Source: Octopus bimaculoides
Taxonomy: Eukaryota
DNA: 41,507 bases
Direction of reading: 5' to 3'
Assembly: GCF_001194135.2 (NCBI RefSeq)
Contig: NC_068988.1
Span: 16,269,928-16,311,434 of the forward strand
Shown here in pieces: positions 1 to 11,098 of this stretch. Made by a program: the position numbers and the translations under genes. Numbering within the stretch: the first letter of the stretch is position 1; every line of letters begins with the position of its first letter. The notes below the pieces were generated by a model. The model saw nothing but the letters and a program-made list of their open reading frames with translations. It was not told where the DNA came from and did not search any database.

Positions 1-330
1 TTCTACTATAGTCTCGGGCCGACCAAAGCCCTGTGAGGGGATTTGGTAGACGGAAACTGAAAGAAGCCTGTCGTATATATGTATATGTATATATGTATAT
101 GTATATATGTATATGTGTGTGTTTGTGTGTCTGTGTTTGTCCCCCAACATCACTTGCCAACTGATGCTGGTGTGTTTACGTCCCCGTAACTTAGCAGCTC
201 GGCAAAAGAGACCGATAGAATAAGTACTAGGCTTCCAAAGAATACGTCCTGGGGTCGTTTTGCTCGACTAAAGGCGGTGCTCCAGCATGGCCACATTCAA
301 ATGACTGAAACAAGTAAAAGAGTATAAGAG
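1..330 (+). mobile_element. tRNA-derived SINE family A, head cut off by window edge, with internal (TA/TG)n tract
   Basis: Body TTCTACTATAG.CTCGGGCCGACCAAAGCC..GATTTGGTAGACGGAAACTGAAAGAAGCC and tail GGCGGTGCTCCAGCATGGCCAC..ATGACTGAAACAAGTAAAAGAG recur in reverse complement at 6743-7153. Confidence 0.85.
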
Positions 331-653
331 TATATATAGATATAAGAATATATAAACCGATACATACATATTTATACATATTTGTTGGATGGCCGTTGAC
401 TACTCATGAGTTCCTCTGACTTTTGACAGGTCTTATCCTTTGTCCTGTAGGGTGTCCAACAATTACTCTTCTCACCAATGAAGCCTGGTGGGGTTGCCAA
501 TTTAGTCGCCGACGAACCGACCTTGCAGCAAGTTGTAGTGGATCAAATGTTACCAATAGCACACAAGAGCTACATCGTCTGGTTTAAACAGCCACATCTA
601 AGATATAAGTGCACGAGGTAGTCAGACTCTGCATAAGGAGTAGACAACCACCT

Positions 654-718
<65 letters not shown>
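654..718. repeat. (TA)n microsatellite
   Basis: Direct inspection. Confidence 0.95.
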
Positions 719-722
<4 letters not shown>

Positions 723-1081
723 ACGTATGTATATCAAGTACTTAATTGTTCAGTGGCTGTGACACAGATCATTCCGAATGCAAAACCCGGTAGTAATGTT
801 GACACAAAGCAAACGACTATTATTAAATAGATTACACTACAGGACTACCGAACTAAAATAATCATCGTGTAGTATTTATATCAAACAGTGCAGAAACAAA
901 ATCATTTCACACAAATAGACATACAGTATTTCAATATACGTTTGGGAAATAACATGTCGCCAAACTATTATGTAGACGTTAGTATGTAAGTTGAGTAACT
1001 TTAAGTATCAAATATACTGCTTTATACTGCCGCAAAACGTTCAATATACAAATGATTAAGAGATATAATTGAGTTTATATA

Positions 1082-1126
<45 letters not shown>

Positions 1127-1138
1127 ATGTATGTATGT

Positions 1139-1148
1139 NNNNNNNNNN
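1139..1148. other. assembly gap (N-run)
   Basis: 10 Ns between TA/TATG repeats. Confidence 0.99.
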
Positions 1149-2430
1149 TATCTATTGATGTGTACATGCATATACATATGTATGTATGTATGTATGTGTG
1201 TGTGTTTGTATGTATGTGCTTGTGTAGTCTTATACATTAAAAAGGTAGGCGGAGAAGACAATGATGCACAGCACACAGGTATACAATAGAAACATAATCA
1301 TCAGTGGGATATATTTTTTTTCAGTGAAACGGAAAGAAGATATCAGAATTTCAGTATTGGAGAGAGATAAACAAAATTGATTTAAAGAACTGAATAGTTA
1401 TAGGTGTTTTAGACAGATTTTGAAGAAGATGTCGTTTGTTCCATTTCAATTGAATTAACTTGTACATGATGGATTACATTACAAATATTTAGTACGTTGC
1501 TTTGCAAACGTGACCTACTAAATGTGAATACTACAGCAAAATTATAGAAACCGTGCTGTGTCTTTATGTCTTTATGTTCTTTCTTTCTTTGTGCAGTTAT
1601 AAAATCTTACTTTAGATTGTATTTGACTTTCAAAGTTACTCTGTTTTGACGTTTTTATCATGTACAATGATTGTGAAATAATATAACGTAAAAAGTTATA
1701 AAAACAAGAACGACAAAAACGACGATGACGACACGACAACAGCAACAAATAAATGGGTTTTTTTTTAATGAAAATGAGTCTTCACTCAAGGCACAGACAA
1801 CATAAAGAAACATTTGGGGAAATACATTATGAAAGAATTCTCTAAGCTTATTGAAGTCTAGAAAAATGTATGAATCTATTAATATTATAATATACTTGTG
1901 TATGCATGCGCTTTACTTTTATTTCAAAGAACGTATCAAGGAGTTGATAACTTACAACTCTACTTGGGAAAAGATGTGACGAAAGTGTTGTGAATAGATA
2001 AAGGAGTAGAATAATTCGTTTCTCTTTTTTTTTTCATGTCGAAAAATATATTACATAAGACGTAGAGCTTCTCTTGTGTCAACTTATCTTCTACTACGTA
2101 GTACTTACCGTCTTAACTACACGCATCATATCCCTTTAGCTTGCTACTTTTTTTCCTTTGCTTCTTGTTCGATGTTGTTGTTGGTGTTATTATTATTACT
2201 ATTATGTTTATTGAATGAGAGATCAGCGCATGCCATCATAGTAATACTGGGCTGCAAAATATACGAAACCCAATATACCCATCATAACTACCGTCTGATA
2301 ACGGTATACCAGGCACATCTATGACCCAGTGAGTAATGCGTTGCGTAAGGGACCGCTGGTTGTAGTCTATTTTATTGGATATCCGCTATGTAGAGTGTGC
2401 CATGTGTTTTGCAGATCGTTTTCAGTTATA

Positions 2431-3765
2431 TTATTGAATTGATAGTGTCTTGCGTAGGATGTGGGCCGTTCCTAGCAGGACTATATTTTGTATAATGTGT
2501 AGTATCGAAGATCCAGGTATAGCATTTACGTTGTTGTTCATATGTTTTCTTTTTATCGTGCCCAGCGCACCAATTATAAATGGTATTGTTTTCCCTACTT
2601 CATGCGCCACATCTTGAACACCTTAGTTTCGAGGACTTTGTACTTGGACAATTTTTCCACTTTTACTTAGGTTCACTTCTCTGTCAAGCTTTGCAGAGTT
2701 TTAGCCATGGAGTGGCTTTTCTCTTCATTCTTTGTTTAGGATGTTTTGTAGTTCCGTTTTCATGTTTCTTGTCTCTTTCATCATTTCTGTTATGTTGTCA
2801 TTTGAAGTCAGTGTATCAGAGTAGTTTATTTTTGTATTGTATTTTGTCGCCTCCGTGTTTATAGAAATAGCGTTTTCTATTTCTCGTGTTGTTTTATTAC
2901 ATGTAGCAGTCATCTACATTCTTTTTGTTTAAAGTACATTTCTAGTCCCACTGTCGTTATTCTATAATAGTTCTCTATCTGGATCAGGCCACGGCCTCCT
3001 TCTGTTCGGGACAGATATATTCTATCTGCATCTTCTTTGGAGCGTTAACCTCGGTATGCTGATAATAGTTTTGGGCTCTTCCTAGTAGCACTGTTTTCTT
3101 GGATATTCTATAGTGTTGAAGATCCAGATATGACTTAAATGTTTTTGTTCATGTCTTTTATCATACCCAATTCTGTAATTATTAATCGCATTATTTTCTC
3201 CTTCGTGCCCCACATCTTGAATGCTTCAGTTTTGAGGTCTTTGTACTTTGACAATTTCTCCAGTTCTTTTCGGACAATATTTTGGTTATAAGGGACTGTA
3301 GTATCTATCAATAAGCAAGTATTTTTTTTCCAGTCCTTGATTATTACGTTTGTGGGATTAGCTTTTATTTCTTTGTCCGCTTGAACAGGCATATCCCAGA
3401 TATAATGGCCTGGTCGTTCTCATGTTCTTTGGAACATATTTAGACTATTACTTGTTAGTTTTTATATTGTTGTGTTGGCATATAGTCCTGTGGATATGAC
3501 CATATACTCGGTCATGTTTGTATATATATTTGGATCTCGAAAGGACTGGGCAGCCAATGATGATATGGACTATTTGCTCATTCTACATTTGGTGCTAGGG
3601 CCTGTTTTCATTATTTTGTTTTTATAGTTGTTTGTGGTTAGGCATTGGGCTTGTGCAGCGACAGTCCGTCCTTCAGTTTCTGGTTTTGATCTAGGCTTTA
3701 GAGCCATTGTTAGCGTTTACTTAGGCTCACTTCTCTGTCAAGCCTTTGTTGTCATTGTTTACTCT
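2431..3765 (-). mobile_element. Decayed, rearranged RLE-type non-LTR retrotransposon (R4/Dong-like): late RT/thumb, CCHC finger and restriction-like endonuclease fragments
   Basis: Minus-strand translation gives DRIYLSRTEGGRGLIQIENYY (~2960-3030), E*REKPLHG (2704-2730), KPETEGRTVAAQAQCL..KCRM..HIIIGCPVL..HDRV (CCHC region, ~3510-3690), ANPTNVIIKDWKKNTCLLIDTTVP..EKLSKYKDL (RLE, ORF 3135-3392) and C-terminal VLLGTAHILRKTLSIQ* (stop at 2431-2433). These motifs are typical of R4/Dong-clade ORFs. Several stops and frameshifts. Confidence 0.85.
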
Positions 3766-3769
3766 GATT

Positions 3770-3870
3770 TACATCCTTCCAGCGTTTACAAAATAGGTAC
3801 CAGTAGAGCAATAGGGTCGATGTAATCGACTTACCCACTTAAAATTGCTGGCCTTGTTCCATAGGTTGAA
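3770..3870 (+). mobile_element. SINE family B, 3' fragment
   Basis: AAAATAGGTACCAGT..GGGTCGATGTAATCGACTT..AAAATTGCTGGCCTTGT matches the reverse complement of the copies at 4197-4403 and 25628-25845. Confidence 0.7.
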
Positions 3871-3872
3871 AT

Positions 3873-3933
<61 letters not shown>
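3873..3933. repeat. (TAC)n microsatellite at SINE B tail
   Basis: Direct inspection. Confidence 0.95.
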
Positions 3934-3934
<1 letters not shown>

Positions 3935-3962
3935 GCTGTATAGTTAAAATTTGGAAAAAGTA

Positions 3963-4135
3963 CCTGGCGAAATTTATTTCGTCTGTAGCTACTGAGATCA
4001 AGTCCCACCAAAATCGACTTTACGTTTCAGCCATAACGAATCAATAAAATAAAATACTAACCAAGTACTAAGATTGATAAAATCAACTCGTCCTCTCCCC
4101 CTAAATTGGCAGTGCAGTGCCCAACTTAGAAATTA
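3963..4135 (+). mobile_element. SINE family B, degenerate copy
   Basis: CTGGCGAAAT..TATTTCGTCTG..AATCGACTTT..AATAAAAT..CCTCTCCCCCTAAATTG follows the family B layout with many substitutions. Confidence 0.6.
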
Positions 4136-4196
4136 TAATAATAATGATAACATTAATACTAATTATTATGTTAATAATATAAAATTATTATCATGA

Positions 4197-4403
4197 TTTC
4201 AAATTTTTGCCACATGGGCAGCTTGGGGGAGGGGATATTAAGTCGATTACATCGACCCTAGCGTTTCACTGGTACTTATTTTATCGACATCAAAAGGTTC
4301 AATAGCAAAGTCGACCTCGGCGGGATTTGAACTCAGGACGTAGCGACGGACGAGATACCACTAAGCATTCTGTCCAGATTGCTAACGATTCTGCCAGCTC
4401 ACC
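4197..4403 (-). mobile_element. SINE family B, near full length
   Basis: Minus strand starts GGTGAGCTGGCAGAATCGTTAGC (A-box-like), has GAGTTCAAATCCC (B-box) and the central GAGGTCGACTTTGC..GTCGATAAAATAAGTACCAG segment. Confidence 0.85.
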
Positions 4404-4715
4404 TGGTAATAATTATTTTTATGATAATTCTTCTTATTATAGTTATTGTTATTGTTTTCATATTGCTCTCGGTTTGGCTGTTCTTGCTATGTCTGGCTAT
4501 TTTTATACCCTGGTGTTTACATCAACTATTTTTTCGATTTCTTTTGAGAAATATGATCGCTTGATGGGATCGATATTTTGATCAAGTGGCACTTCTTTAC
4601 CAGTACAATTTTTCGTATTCTGTCACTCCTCTATATAAGTTTGCATATGCAATAGAATGGCTACCTTGTAATATCCAGAGATATTTTCTACTGTATGTTT
4701 GTTATTGTCGTTGCT

Positions 4716-5088
4716 GTGGAGGTGCAATGGCCCAGTGGTTAGGGCAGCAAACTGGCAATAGTAGGATCGCGGTTTCGATTCCCAGACCGGGCGTTGTGAG
4801 TATTTATTAAGCGAAAACACCTAGAGCTCCACGAGGTTCCAGCAGGGGTGGTGGTGAACCCTGCGGTAATCTGTCACCACAACTCTCTCACTTTTTCTTC
4901 CTGTTTCTCTTGTACCTGTATTCCAAAGGGCCAGACTTGTCACGCTGATTCTTCCCAGAGAACTACGGTAAGGGTACACGTCTCTGTGGTGTGCTCAGCC
5001 ACTTCCGCATTAATTTCACGAGCAGGCTGTTCCGTTGATCGGATCAAGTGGAAGCCTCGTCGTCGTCAGCGACGTTGTGCCACGACAA
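4716..5088 (+). mobile_element. tRNA-derived SINE family C, full length
   Basis: Head GTGGAGGTGCAATGGCCCAGTGGTTAGG..GGTTTCGATTCCCAGACCGGGCG with A/B-box-like motifs; colinear with the copy at 13320-13712. Confidence 0.88.
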
Positions 5089-5109
5089 TTGTTGGTGTTG
5101 TTGTCGAAC

Positions 5110-5295
5110 TGACAGAATTGTTAGCATGCTAGGAAAAATGCTCATGGGAATTTCGTCCGTTTTAATGTTCTGATCTAAAATTCCTCTAAGGCCAACTTTA
5201 ACCTTCCTTTCGTCGTCGATAAAATACGTACCAGTTAATCGATGCCCCTTTCTCTCAAAACTGCTGTCCGTTGGCTATAAATCGGAAAGATGATT
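5110..5295 (+). mobile_element. SINE family B, degenerate copy
   Basis: GAATTGTTAGCATGC..AAATGCT..ATTTCGTCCG..GTCGATAAAATACGTACCAGT and an ATT tail. Confidence 0.6.
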
Positions 5296-5309
5296 ATTAT
5301 TAATATTGC

Positions 5310-5640
5310 TGTTGTTTTTGTTGCAGATCATATTTAATTTTTTTGGTTTTGCGTCATATGTTCTTGGTATTTTCTTATTTGTAGTCTTTGGTTTGCGGCC
5401 CGATAAAAAGCACTTGAGTTTTGAACCGTTAACAATTGCTGATGCTTTTCTTATCCAGTTCCACTTTTCTAAATCTTGTCAGCTATTGACCATGTAGTGG
5501 CTTTTCTTGTCAACGGCTTAACATAAGATTTTATAATCCGATTTTCAGTCTATTTTTCTGCTTTACAGCTTTTGCTGTTGTTTATCAACTCACCAAACAG
5601 CTGTCTATTATCTCATCCTTTGTTTTATACTTCTGGCATC
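5310..5640 (-). mobile_element. Second, older R4/Dong-like fragment (thumb to start of CCHC region)
   Basis: Minus strand reads R*QEKPLHGQ*LTR..ELDKKS (5486-5514) then AANQRLQIRKYQEHM, homologous to the EKPLHG and AAQAQCL segments at 2704-2730 and ~3640. Confidence 0.65.
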
Positions 5641-5984
5641 TTTGAAGACGAAAAAACAGGTTTCTTTGAAAAATAAATGTTAATCATTTGTAGTTATTTC
5701 TGTTTGTTCACCTCTGCTCTTTAATTAGTATGTTATAGTTTCACAACAGAGAGTTTATAATGCATTTCTATTTACAATAGCATCCGACATGTATCTCTGT
5801 ATATCTGGCAAATATAAACTAACTCTACCGGCTTTTGGGATGTGTATTCTAATAGCGGTTATTAATTTTCTTTTTCTGTTTTGTCTTACTCATTTACTTA
5901 CTTTCCGTTTGAGAAGAGAAAATGACTAGGTATCTCTGTATCATCTACTGTATTGATACATATTTTAGTTTTCAATTTGGTTTT

Positions 5985-6053
5985 CATAATGGTTAAGAAC
6001 GCGGGCTACTAAACCCAAAATTGAGAGTTCAATTCCAGGCAGTGCCTCGAATA

Positions 6054-6105
<52 letters not shown>

Positions 6106-6660
6106 TTAAGAAGAAGAAGAAGAAGAAGAACAACAACAACAACGGCAAAAGAATACCTTAAGAATGTGAACCTATGGTTGGGTTCAAAATTCCACCAGGA
6201 TACCTGATGAAGGCTGGAGAGTAAATGAGCCGAAATGTTGTCGTAAAAACAAACAAGATGAGGACATATATTCGTTTCTCCCAGTACAGGCAAACTGCAC
6301 TCAGCGGACATATTGACAGATGCGCAGGTGATAAAACGCCGAATTTCCTTATCTTCTCCATGTACCAGTGCAAAGATTCAATTTCAGTGCAAGAACGACT
6401 AAATAATAACTTACTCATTCAAAAACATAAACCACACCTCAATACTCAAATCTGACAACCTTAAAAACTATCCTAAGGAAACGGTTGTCCACCTTGGTTC
6501 ACCCTCTAAACCTTTTCTTATTTTCAAACAGCCAAGATGGCGGAACTCCTTCATCATGCGAAATAATCACTATACAATGCCTCTTGAAAAGTTAATTTAA
6601 ATAGCGAAAACCGGTTGGATTTTAAAACACCCATATAATATGTACATATTTATATAAAAA
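5985..6660 (+). mobile_element. Penelope-like element remnant: tRNA-like head, (AAT)(AAG)(AAC) tract, hammerhead-like motif, GIY-YIG endonuclease C-terminus and 3' flank
   Basis: ORF 6225-6455 ends ..HIDRCAGDKTPNFLIFSMYQCKDSISVQERLNNNLLIQKHKPHLN, resembling the C-terminal LI..PxLN end of PLE GIY-YIG domains. CTGATGA..GAAA core at 6204-6235. B-box GTTCAATTCC at 6027-6036. Right boundary approximate. Confidence 0.65.
6201..6245 (+). ncRNA. Minimal type I hammerhead-ribozyme-like motif
   Basis: TAC-CTGATGA-A-GGCT-(12 nt)-AGCC-GAAA-T-GTT-GTC-GTA: stem I TAC/GTA, stem II GGCT/AGCC, stem III A-U plus U.G, GUC cleavage triplet at 6240-6242. Confidence 0.55.
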
Positions 6661-6742
6661 ATTATTAAAGTATGTGAAAGGAAGGCATTTCTCTTCATCT
6701 TTCTTTACATATTTTCAACCTATATATATATATATATATATA

Positions 6743-6966
6743 TCTTTTACTCTTTTACTTCTTTCAGTCATTTGACTGTGGCCATGCTGGAGCACCGCCT
6801 TTAGTCGAGCAAATCGACCCCAGGACTTATTCTTTGGAAGCCTAGTACTTATTCTATCGAAATCTTTTGCCGAACCGCTAAGTTACGGGGACGTAAACAC
6901 ACCAGCATCGGTTGTCGAGCAATATTGGGGGGACAAACACAGACACACAAACACATACACACAGAT

Positions 6967-7016
<50 letters not shown>

Positions 7017-7153
7017 ATGTACGACGGGCTTCTTTCAGTTTCCGCCTACCATATCCACTCGCATGGCTTTGGTCAGCCCAAGGCTATAGTAGAAGACACT
7101 TGCCCCCAGGTGCCACGCAGTGGGACTGAACGCAGAACCATGTGTTTGGTAAG
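6743..7153 (-). mobile_element. SINE family A, near full length
   Basis: Reverse complement of the 1-330 copy plus head ..CATGGTTCTGCGTTCAGTCCCACTGCGTGGCACCTGGGGCAAGTG; internal (CA)(TA) tract. Confidence 0.88.
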
Positions 7154-8158
7154 AAAAATATAGGAACGATAATTAGGTTCTACCGAGATATATATACATA
7201 TCATTTCCCCCACTCATTTTCTGTGTAAATTTCTGTTTCTAAGCTCCGAGATGTGTTCCCAGTTCTATGTATTCTCATTTATTTCTGTTACATGATATTT
7301 GTCTATGTCCTTTTGTCTTTCTCACTTGTGCGATTTCTGTATATCATGTTTTATCTTTAGCTTTCATGTCTTTTATTCGTCCTCTCGTTTTGAAAATCAG
7401 TGTCTCTCTTTAGCAATTCGACTGTCTTTAACGACCTCTTTCTCTGTTTATACCTCTGTATCTATATATAAACCTACCTTTTCTTTAAATATCTCTTTAT
7501 TCATATCATCCATCATTATTTTGTACTCTCTCCCGACCATTTCCTTTAATGTCACTCCGTGTACTTTATCGTTTGCTGCCATTTGTTTATTTTTCTTTGC
7601 TATCTAACCAGGTAGCTTAGTTATCTGTTCCCATATCTGCCAATCATGCTGTCGCTTTACTCGACTCTTATTATATCAATTCAATCAAGTATAATTACTG
7701 CTTCATTTAAATTTGTTAATTTCTTAATTCTATACTGTTACACTTCCCTAAGTAATAGATTCAAATTAAACCAATTCACCGCTTAGTAAGAAGCAGACAG
7801 CTTAATTAAATTTAAAATACATCAGTTTGAATAATATATCATGCCAGCTTTGATGTTTAATATCAGTATGGCCTGGACAACATAAAGAGACATAAATAAT
7901 CAGAAATTTCTATCCACACATCAAGATGGGTCAATTATTTTTATCTTAATGATTACAGTCTACTTCATAAAGACGTGCAGAGGTTCCGTCATATGAATTT
8001 GATGTTAGCTTTTCCATTTCAAGATATATGAGTTTGATCACCACATATAGTATTGCCAACCGTATCTCGTGTACTTAAAGTATGTGCTATCGGAAAATGA
8101 ATGAATTCATTTAAGTGACAGAGTGTGAATTTTAAGTTAGAAGTTAAGGCTATATATC

Positions 8159-8204
<46 letters not shown>

Positions 8205-8206
<2 letters not shown>

Positions 8207-9023
8207 CGAGGTTTGATCCATATGTATTCGGACTGTTGCCATATTGACGAAGCTAAAGCACACAGGGTGAAGCCGTTTCGCATAGATTGAACTTGAAGTC
8301 AGCTGTGCATGCACACTACGTTTTAACGTTCTAGCTCACTTTCGCTGTTTACAGCAGTGCTTGGAAGGTAGGTGTGTAGCGTGTGATCGTCGCATTGACC
8401 ATGACAGAGCTAGTTGTTATGGTGATACCTGCTCAGCGGCCAACACAAACTTACAGAAAATGTATGGAGAAGAGTGTATGAGCCGCACACAAGCGTACGA
8501 GTGGCTTAGACGTTTCCAAGATGGCCGAAACATGTCGATTTTGACGAACGTACTGGAAGACCTGCAACTAGCAGAACTGTGAAAAACATCGTAGATGCGC
8601 GTACAGGGCAAATCGTCGTGTGCAGATTAGTTACAGTTCAACTCAGTTCATTATCCCTGAAGATCTATCCTTGAAGATCCAAAACTACTTTCGACTAACC
8701 AAAAACATCACTTTCCTTGACTGTCTCGAGAACGATGAAAACTTGTTGAAACCTTTTTGTGGGACGCTAAGCAGGTATCGCCAAGCATTTGGTAAAATTT
8801 GATGCAGATTCTCTGCTCATATTTCTCTGTCATAGTCAATGCAATAATCACACCCTATACACGTTCCCTCCAAGCACTGCTGTAAACAGCGGAAATGAGC
8901 TATAACGTTAAATCTTAGTGCGCATGCACAGCAGAGGTTAAGGTCAGTCTGCGCCGAGCGGCTTCATTCTGTGTGCTTTAACTTCGTTAATATAGTCCGG
9001 ATACGTCTGGATCAGACCACATA
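8205..9023 (+). mobile_element. Internally deleted mariner (Tc1/mariner superfamily) with ~200-bp imperfect TIRs
   Basis: Left arm 8205-8409 is the reverse complement of right arm 8825-9023 (e.g. GCTGTTTACAGCAGTGCTTGGA / TCCAAGCACTGCTGTAAACAGC). Starts TACGAGG next to (TA)n. Interior encodes LQKMYGEECMSRTQAYEWLRRFQDGR..DERTGRP.TSRT, a mariner transposase HTH region. No DDD domain. Confidence 0.88.
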
Positions 9024-9035
9024 TATATATTATAG

Positions 9036-9456
9036 TATTTGACTTCTTTCAGTCATTAGGCGGTGCCCATTATAGGACTCTTTTAGTCCAAACTGAGTCC
9101 ACTACATACATCTTTAAAGCCTGTTACTTACTCTATCGCTCACGTTCACCGAAACACTAATTTATCTATACGTAAACACACCAGTACCGGTTGTATGTAA
9201 TGTGGTGATGGGAAACAAACATAAAGACGCAAACGAGCACAAACACGCACACAGACACATACGCACAGACACACGTACATACACACATAAACACACATGA
9301 ACACTCACGAACACAAACGAGAGCACACGAACACGCTCACATACATATATACAACGTCTACAGTATCCACTCAGAGGGCTTTTATCGTTCCTAGGCTATT
9401 GTAGAGGACATCTGACGAAGAAGGTACCTCACAGTATCAATGAACCCGGAACCATC
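9036..9456 (-). mobile_element. SINE family A, old degenerate copy
   Basis: TTTCAGTCATT..CGTAAACACACCAGTACCGGTTG..ATCCACTCA..GGCTATTGTAGAGGACA..TGAACCCGGAACCAT colinear with 6743-7153. Confidence 0.7.
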
Positions 9457-9488
9457 AATCGTATATGAATGTATGTGTGTGCATATAT

Positions 9489-9896
9489 NNNNNNNNNNNN
9501 NNNNNNNNNNNNNNNNNNNNNNNNNNNNNNNNNNNNNNNNNNNNNNNNNNNNNNNNNNNNNNNNNNNNNNNNNNNNNNNNNNNNNNNNNNNNNNNNNNNN
9601 NNNNNNNNNNNNNNNNNNNNNNNNNNNNNNNNNNNNNNNNNNNNNNNNNNNNNNNNNNNNNNNNNNNNNNNNNNNNNNNNNNNNNNNNNNNNNNNNNNNN
9701 NNNNNNNNNNNNNNNNNNNNNNNNNNNNNNNNNNNNNNNNNNNNNNNNNNNNNNNNNNNNNNNNNNNNNNNNNNNNNNNNNNNNNNNNNNNNNNNNNNNN
9801 NNNNNNNNNNNNNNNNNNNNNNNNNNNNNNNNNNNNNNNNNNNNNNNNNNNNNNNNNNNNNNNNNNNNNNNNNNNNNNNNNNNNNNNNNNNNNNNN
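9489..9896. other. assembly gap (N-run)
   Basis: Ns; followed by (GA)n. Confidence 0.99.
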
Positions 9897-9938
9897 GAAA
9901 GAAAGAGAGGGAGAGAAAGGGAGAGAGAGAGAGAGAGA

Positions 9939-9995
<57 letters not shown>
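9897..9995. repeat. (GA)n/(GATA)n microsatellite
   Basis: Direct inspection. Confidence 0.95.
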
Positions 9996-9997
<2 letters not shown>

Positions 9998-11098
9998 GAA
10001 AAGCTATAAATATTAGTGTCTAAATATTGAGTCAAAAACTGCTTTGGATACAAAACGTCAAAGGGTGGTCCAGGGAATCGAACTGACAACTTCTTTAAAC
10101 TTGAACATCGTTTTATGATTGGACGAAAGAAATTTTAGCAATTTCCCTGACCATTTTAGAAACATATTTCCTCAGAGAGAATCCTATATTGTTTACCTCA
10201 TAAGAATTTAGAAACATCATGAGTACGTGAAATAATAGGTTTATCTACATTAATTTCAATCGTTAATAGAAATTACTTCACGTTCTCTCGACATTTCTCA
10301 ATTATCATGGAATAAATATACGTACCCAAGTATATATGTTTGTAATATGCGTGTTCACGTATGCGTTTGTGTTGGCATACAGACTCATAGATATCCAACA
10401 TTTGTAGGTAGAGTCGGAGAAGGTACTCCAATCAGAAACAACCTGTCGTTATAGCAACTGAAATGTTTCTGGAGCAAAAAGTAAGTTCGATAAGAAAGCA
10501 AGTGTTTACATTACAATAATTTTCTCATAAAGATGTGATAAAGGTTATAATTATAAAGAACCATATTTAATAAAATCTCTATGTTATACCATAACTGATA
10601 GGACTATCTAAGATCATCTTTCACGTATGGGCATTACTAATATACAGCTTTGGTCAAAATGAAATGAAGTGCCATGATTTATCTGAAATTTCAGTCTACA
10701 ACCGATTGACTTTTAATGATTAATTGAGTTTTTAGATATAATAATTTCAGACGGCTTCATATTAGCCATAACATTTTATCTAATATCAAATCGCAAACTT
10801 ACTATTCAACGATTACATAATCAGTTTAGTATGATATGCATAGGTGGTGATGGAGAATGCAGCTGAATAATTTTCTTGACAGGGTCATTGCAAAAATGTT
10901 AGTTGTAGACAATGAAATTAGTTCCACTTTTAGATAAGGAGGCGTGGCTAGTCAGAGGTTAAAATGTCGCATTTTCACAAAACAATAGATTATTTCAAAC
11001 TCTCTTTCCCTCCAACTTTCCTGTCTCTTCGTTCATTTTTATAGTTGCCTGAATGTATTTCGCTCAGTACCTGTGTATCTGTGTGCTTTCGTCCATAT

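Noticed and set aside
4716-4790. tRNA-like sequences at SINE heads (also 13325 and 5990)
   Set aside because: They lack a complete cloverleaf and continue into SINE bodies, so they are not tRNA genes.
7290-7620. Purine-rich minus-strand stretch with partial open frames, possibly LINE ORF1 debris
   Set aside because: No recognisable motif.
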